A stretch of 64,000 nucleotides of DNA, from the IMG/VR virus record IMGVR_UViG_3300009183_000092. One strand, written 5' to 3'. This document shows positions 59,849 through 64,000 of the stretch, one piece after another. Each line of letters begins with the position of its first letter. Position 1 is the stretch's first letter. The DNA is from an uncultured virus (IMG/VR IMGVR_UViG_3300009183_000092) (Duplodnaviria > Heunggongvirae > Uroviricota > Caudoviricetes). Under the pieces are notes generated by a model. The model searched no databases and had not been told where the DNA came from. It saw only the letters and a list, made by a program, of their open reading frames with translations. A program made the translations under genes and the position numbers.

Positions 59849-59938
59849 GTGTGTCGGTTTTGGTAAAATTAGCATTTATTTTTATTACAGCAAAATAAAT
59901 TAAATTAATTAATTTGTTAGTTGGCGCGTTCTGTGATT

Positions 59939-60127
59939 TTAGATAGAGGACAGCGCTTCCCAATAATGGTTTTCTACTTCTATGTTAAGAGCCTCTTTTA
60001 AGCCTTTTATTTTACGCTCTACCGGTATGATATTCTTTACCTTGCCATCAGTCAGTAGCTTGTTTAATGCCTTAATTTGGCTTTTTAATTTGTTGATTTT
60101 TTGAGATGGTGTTAATGGTTTTTTCAT
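59939..60127 (-). CDS. Basic coiled-coil hypothetical protein
   Basis: ORF with A-rich leader. Confidence 0.6.
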   Translation of the reverse strand: MKKPLTPSQKINKLKSQIKALNKLLTDGKVKNIIPVERKIKGLKEALNIEVENHYWEALSSI

Positions 60128-60158
60128 GGTTTTTTATTTTGTTTAATATATAAAATAT

Positions 60159-60202
60159 GTGCGTTGATATCGTATGCGCACCCCACGTTAACCCAACGAT
60201 AT
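60159..60202 (-). ncRNA. Candidate H-type pseudoknot RNA element
   Basis: AUAUCGU/ACGAUAU crossing GUGCG/CGCAC; intergenic GC-rich island. Confidence 0.4.
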
Positions 60203-60218
60203 ATAATTAGATAAAATA

Positions 60219-60503
60219 TTAAAAGTTGGATAGGTAGTCAACTGCGGTGTAACTAACAAGAATCTTTTGGTCATCATCCAAGGATGCCAATGGGATTGCT
60301 CGGCTCCACGATTCGCAATAGTCATATACTTGCGCCATGTCAGAGGTTGTAGTGTATTGCACACCATCACTTCCATAATTACATGAGTCACAATAAGCCT
60401 CAGCTAAATGTTTGCTAACGAATGCATCACATTTGAATGCCTCAGCGCCATCGCAATCGGTTCCATAACCAATCACGAAATAAATTCCAATAGCTTTAGT
60501 CAT
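60219..60503 (-). CDS. Hypothetical early protein
   Basis: Starts 14 nt after hammerhead HH4. Confidence 0.65.
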   Translation of the reverse strand: MTKAIGIYFVIGYGTDCDGAEAFKCDAFVSKHLAEAYCDSCNYGSDGVQYTTTSDMAQVYDYCESWSRAIPLASLDDDQKILVSYTAVDYLSNF

Positions 60504-60516
60504 AAGTTTTATTTTT

Positions 60517-60572
60517 GGTTAATACGAGCTATTTCTAGCTCGTTTCAAGGATTCACCTATCATCAGTTAACC
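60517..60572 (-). ncRNA. Hammerhead ribozyme type I (HH4)
   Basis: GGUUAA CUGAUGA U-AGG-UGAAU-CCU-U GAAA CGAGCUA-GAAA-UAGCUCG UA UUAACC. Confidence 0.8.
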
Positions 60573-60760
60573 TATGCGATAATATCATCGTGTAGCGCCT
60601 CTAATTCATTAATCCATCCATTGTACGATATGTCACGACCATCCTCTAGGACAACACATTCAAATGTGCTTTCTAGGTCATCGTTCCACCCATTGGTAAT
60701 ATTTTCTTGTATTTTAGCTAGGATTTGTTCTAGTCTGATTTTGATTTCTAAATTGGTCAT
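60572..60760 (-). CDS. Acidic hypothetical early protein
   Basis: TAG stop overlaps the first G of HH4. Confidence 0.6.
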   Translation of the reverse strand: MTNLEIKIRLEQILAKIQENITNGWNDDLESTFECVVLEDGRDISYNGWINELEALHDDIIA

Positions 60761-60771
60761 GTTTTTTAATT

Positions 60772-60969
60772 TTAAATAAATCTAATAATAAGATTATTGT
60801 TATCAAATATGTTTATGTTAAACATTCGTTCAAATTTTCTTATATCAATGGAATCTCGTTTTTGCCGAATTGATTCCGATATGAATTCATCATCGTTACA
60901 TGTTAAGCAACTAAAATTGTCATCCATTTTATCTACATCAATTGAATAGACTTTAATTTGTTCTATCAT
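60772..60969 (-). CDS. Hypothetical early protein
   Basis: ORF in array. Confidence 0.6.
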   Translation of the reverse strand: MIEQIKVYSIDVDKMDDNFSCLTCNDDEFISESIRQKRDSIDIRKFERMFNINIFDNNNLIIRFI

Positions 60970-60973
60970 AAAA

Positions 60974-61195
60974 TTATTTTAATTGGTTTCTTAATAAATA
61001 GGATTCTATTTTGGCATGCATGATATCAAATTGTTCCTGCATGAATTCGGTGTATCTGCTACCACCATCGCCATCATCCTCCCAAATTGTTTCAGTTGTA
61101 TACTCATAGGTTTGCTTAATAAATAAATCAGCTAGCTCGCAGGCTAATTCATTAATATAGAAAGTTCCTTTTGGTGTTGCGTTTAATGTTTCCAT
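60974..61195 (-). CDS. Hypothetical early protein
   Basis: INELACELA...YTE..QE.FD. Confidence 0.65.
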   Translation of the reverse strand: METLNATPKGTFYINELACELADLFIKQTYEYTTETIWEDDGDGGSRYTEFMQEQFDIMHAKIESYLLRNQLK

Positions 61196-61196
61196 T

Positions 61197-61580
61197 TTAT
61201 TTAATTTTAAATTTTGTAAATTGTTTATCTAATTCAAATGCATTCATCCAAGGTAAACTGATAGAATCATCCACAAAATAATTTGTAGGATTACCTAGAA
61301 TCTCGCAGTTCCCAATTTCATCAATTTGTTGGGTGCAATATTCTTTGACATCATCATTACCCCAAGTAAGCAAATATCCAATACCCCATATCTCGCAATA
61401 TGGCTCATGATTTGCACTTTCTTGATGGTAGTTGACATCTAAGTCAGTTCCATCCTTTAATTGAAAAGAATGCCAAAAATCACCGGTATCACCGGAGGTT
61501 AAATCAAACATAAAAACTTGTCCTAGATAATGCAAAGTCAATACTTTGTTATCATAGTCAATAACGAATTTTTTTTCCAT
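61197..61580 (-). CDS. Hypothetical early protein
   Basis: Starts 15 nt after HH3. Confidence 0.65.
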   Translation of the reverse strand: MEKKFVIDYDNKVLTLHYLGQVFMFDLTSGDTGDFWHSFQLKDGTDLDVNYHQESANHEPYCEIWGIGYLLTWGNDDVKEYCTQQIDEIGNCEILGNPTNYFVDDSISLPWMNAFELDKQFTKFKIK

Positions 61581-61594
61581 TTTAATTTTGTTTT

Positions 61595-61646
61595 GGTTAA
61601 TACCGGATTGCTCCGGTTTCGGAAATTTATTCCTCGTCAGTTAACC
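61595..61646 (-). ncRNA. Hammerhead ribozyme type I (HH3)
   Basis: GGUUAA CUGACGA GGAA-UAAAU-UUCC GAAA CCGGA-GCAA-UCCGG UA UUAACC. Confidence 0.93.
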
Positions 61647-61648
61647 TT

Positions 61649-61912
61649 TTAAATTGTCAATTGCCTATCATTATAGAATGGCTTTAAATCCTCATAGAAT
61701 GCCTCAAATTTTTCTTTATCTACTATGTTGGTGCAATCCACTACAAATTTATCATAGTAGCTTAATTCGTCTCTAATTGCATCATGTAGATATTCAGTTT
61801 GTTTTTTATCACATTCGTTAACTAACATCTTGAATAATTCATCTGCATCAAATTCCTCTAGGAGATTGCTAATCCATCGCTCTAATTTTTTAGAAGGTAT
61901 TTTATTTTTCAT
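61649..61912 (-). CDS. Acidic hypothetical early protein
   Basis: Stop 2 nt before HH3. Confidence 0.65.
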   Translation of the reverse strand: MKNKIPSKKLERWISNLLEEFDADELFKMLVNECDKKQTEYLHDAIRDELSYYDKFVVDCTNIVDKEKFEAFYEDLKPFYNDRQLTI

Positions 61913-61913
61913 T

Positions 61914-62024
61914 TTACTTATTTTTTTTGAATAATATCATGTAGCATATCTTAATACCAATGGCAATGAATATGCCAAATAATACTAAGTCAAAAATTGC
62001 AGTTGCGGTTTGTAGTGTGTTCAT
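61914..62024 (-). CDS. 36-aa membrane peptide
   Basis: Manual translation MNTLQTATAIFDLVLFGIFIAIGIKICYMILFKKNK*; same TTAAATTAAACAACATG leader as the 62451 gene. Confidence 0.6.
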   Translation of the reverse strand: MNTLQTATAIFDLVLFGIFIAIGIKICYMILFKKNK

Positions 62025-62034
62025 GTTGTTTAAT

Positions 62035-62451
62035 TTAAAATTTTATAAATTGATAATCGTATTCACCTTGATATGCTCCAATAAAAATTGAATCATCGCC
62101 TAAGTTTATTTCGTCAATCTCTTCGGGGTCTGACAATGTAATTGCGCCACTAATGAGTTTATGAAATTCTTTTTTACTTATAATTGGATGTACTTCATTT
62201 ACATTGCAAAATATCATTACACCATAAAGTTTTTCAGCATTGCGAATAAAAGTAAATGAGCCTTGGTCATCACCTTTATCATATGTAATACATCCAATAC
62301 TTGATTCAATATTTTCAGCATTGGTTTGAATGTCTACTAAAGATTCCAAATATTTTTGGGCCTCAGAATCACTAGTAAATTCTTTAATGTAAGCTAGATT
62401 ATCACTTGAATAACCTTCTCCGTTCCATGTTTCAGTAATTACGTATTTCAT
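62035..62451 (-). CDS. Hypothetical early protein
   Basis: ETWNGEGYS motif. Confidence 0.65.
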   Translation of the reverse strand: MKYVITETWNGEGYSSDNLAYIKEFTSDSEAQKYLESLVDIQTNAENIESSIGCITYDKGDDQGSFTFIRNAEKLYGVMIFCNVNEVHPIISKKEFHKLISGAITLSDPEEIDEINLGDDSIFIGAYQGEYDYQFIKF

Positions 62452-62469
62452 GTTGTTTAATTTAATAGT

Positions 62470-62703
62470 TTAATAATTATCTAATTCAGTCAAAATTTCG
62501 CCATCAGATGAGATAATGCCATTATCTATCAACTGAGATGCGAAACGGCCATAAAAGCCTTGTAATTGCCAACAATCACCGGTTTTGACGAGATATGCCC
62601 ATGCGCCTATTTTTTCTCTAGGTGTAGGCTCATCCTCGCAAAAACCCTCAATAATTGAACAAGCACGATAAGAGTCCATTGGTGTTAATGTTAATGTTTC
62701 CAT
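62470..62703 (-). CDS. Hypothetical early protein (W.LQG.YGR family)
   Basis: AW.YLV.TG..W.LQGFYGR; ATG at 62703, since the track start at 62733 lies inside HH2. Confidence 0.72.
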   Translation of the reverse strand: METLTLTPMDSYRACSIIEGFCEDEPTPREKIGAWAYLVKTGDCWQLQGFYGRFASQLIDNGIISSDGEILTELDNY

Positions 62704-62717
62704 GTTTATAATTTTTT

Positions 62718-62768
62718 GGTTAAGACCACCCAAAGGTGGTTTCGGCCATTAGGCCTCGTCAGTTAACC
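62718..62768 (-). ncRNA. Hammerhead ribozyme type I (HH2)
   Basis: GGUUAA CUGACGA GGCC-UAAU-GGCC GAAA CCACC-UUUG-GGUGG UC UUAACC. Confidence 0.95.
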
Positions 62769-63662
62769 TGCATAAATTGTCTCAAATAATCTCTCATCCA
62801 ATGTCCTTTGTTGGTCAAAGGTTTTTTTCAATTTACCATGAATCAATTCATTGAATGCATTGTATACTATCCATTGGTTAGGTCTAGTATTCAATTGCTT
62901 TGTCTCGCGCTCTACAACATCAAAGATGAATCGTGCATTGGCGCTAGGCTCCGGATTCTTATCAGATGCCTCATATTTAAACAATCCTAGAGTCTTAGCA
63001 GTTACTTTAACGTAATCCTCTAAGTTGTATACCGGTCTCTCTGCAAGCACCTCAAATTTGCGCTTAAGGGTAAAGAATTCATTGTCCATGAACAATTTTA
63101 CAATCTCATCCAATTTAGGCATTACGATGTCGGTAATGGCTCCGCTATGCTTTACTGAGAATCCTATGTGAGTCTGAGCTACGTGTAATCCATTGTCACA
63201 TACTTTGCGCCAAAATCCAAAGCTACCACTAGTCTTGCAACTGCCATCGTAACTATTAACGAATCGTAACATAGGGCGTAAAATATCTTTCTCACCTTTA
63301 ACCTCTACTTTGTATCGGTCATCTGCTAGGATATAATCCACTACAAAAGAGCGATTGTCACGATTAATACTACGTTGTTGGTAATAAATGTCCGCATCAA
63401 TTAACTTCTCCTCTACTCCTAGGAAGAAAATCTCATTAGGCAAATGGCCATAAGAATTAGATACTACGTTCACGATTTGATTCTCACAAACGATAGCATT
63501 CTCCAAACCCCTTCTAGACGGGATTCCGGTTAGTTTCTCCAATGGGACTACCTCAGATGTCACTAGAACATCATCTTGTCTAGAATTGGCTAAAAGGTGG
63601 CTTAATTTTGATTCTGCCTCTTGACTAGTTTTTGCTGAAAATTTGTCTTGTAATTGATTCAT
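62763..63662 (-). CDS. DUF932 family protein
   Basis: VS.SY...PN, NSYDGS...GFWRKVCDNGL...KH, W..YNA.N. Confidence 0.85.
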   Translation of the reverse strand: MNQLQDKFSAKTSQEAESKLSHLLANSRQDDVLVTSEVVPLEKLTGIPSRRGLENAIVCENQIVNVVSNSYGHLPNEIFFLGVEEKLIDADIYYQQRSINRDNRSFVVDYILADDRYKVEVKGEKDILRPMLRFVNSYDGSCKTSGSFGFWRKVCDNGLHVAQTHIGFSVKHSGAITDIVMPKLDEIVKLFMDNEFFTLKRKFEVLAERPVYNLEDYVKVTAKTLGLFKYEASDKNPEPSANARFIFDVVERETKQLNTRPNQWIVYNAFNELIHGKLKKTFDQQRTLDERLFETIYAG

Positions 63663-63701
63663 AAAATTAGGTCAGTTTTTTATGTGGTGGCTCCACATTA
63701 T

Positions 63702-63753
63702 GGTTAAGACCATCCGGAGATGGTTTCGCATATTGAATGCTCCTCAGTTAACC
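63702..63753 (-). ncRNA. Hammerhead ribozyme type I (HH1)
   Basis: GGUUAA CUGAGGA GCAU-UCAAU-AUGC GAAA CCAUC-UCCG-GAUGG UC UUAACC. Confidence 0.93.
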
Positions 63754-63757
63754 TTTG

Positions 63758-64000
63758 TTACGCTAGTCTAGGTAAAAAGTCCTCATCATCCTCTCTTAAT
63801 CCATTGTAATCGTGTGCAATTGTTTCAATGATTATTAAAGGAGTCTCAGCATTGTTTACCAATTCCTTCAGATTGTCTATGTAAGGACATAGCTTAACTG
63901 CTATATCCATTTGTGTACGAGGTGATGCTAAATCGCCAACATACTTTTCAATGATTAATAACGTGTCACATAATTGTTCATACTTGTTGCTTAATAATTG
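63758..64000 (-). CDS. Hypothetical early protein, 5' end outside window
   Basis: Open frame to the window edge ...TIAHDYNGLREDDEDFLPRLA*. Confidence 0.6.
   Translation of the reverse strand, partial: QLLSNKYEQLCDTLLIIEKYVGDLASPRTQMDIAVKLCPYIDNLKELVNNAETPLIIIETIAHDYNGLREDDEDFLPRLA

Noticed and set aside
60517..63753. CRISPR array or simple terminators/mobile repeats
   Set aside because: Spacing is about 1 kb with genes between, internal stems co-vary around hammerhead core bases, and there are no U-tails or cas genes.

Overview
AT-rich dsDNA tailed-phage sequence, most likely a podovirus of a Bacteroidota host. The host inference rests on TAnnTTTG -7 promoter boxes, A-rich leaders without Shine-Dalgarno sites, and DUF4373/BT4734-type replication genes. 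The virion module resembles crAss-like/Flavobacterium podoviruses: terminase, portal, scaffold, capsid, ring/tail proteins and three large ejection proteins. Order: 124-bp palindrome at the window start; RusA and small basic proteins; tRNA-Gln; recombination genes (YqaJ, NinG); initiator, primase-helicase and SSB; morphogenesis genes (with GroES and a ferritin); a Gly-Thr-Ser repeat tail fibre; a glycosylation cassette; lysis genes; a minus-strand array of small early genes. Main finding: four type I hammerhead ribozymes punctuate the early transcript at about 1.0-1.1 kb spacing. They share an invariant stem I (GGUUAA/UUAACC) while stems II and III co-vary, so each excised gene-bearing unit could re-form a ribozyme on its own ends and circularise (inferred, untested). 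Second finding: a TibC/Aah-like heptosyltransferase domain is encoded next to a Ser/Thr-rich collagen-like fibre, suggesting phage-encoded virion glycosylation. All family assignments come from motif recognition by eye, not database searches.
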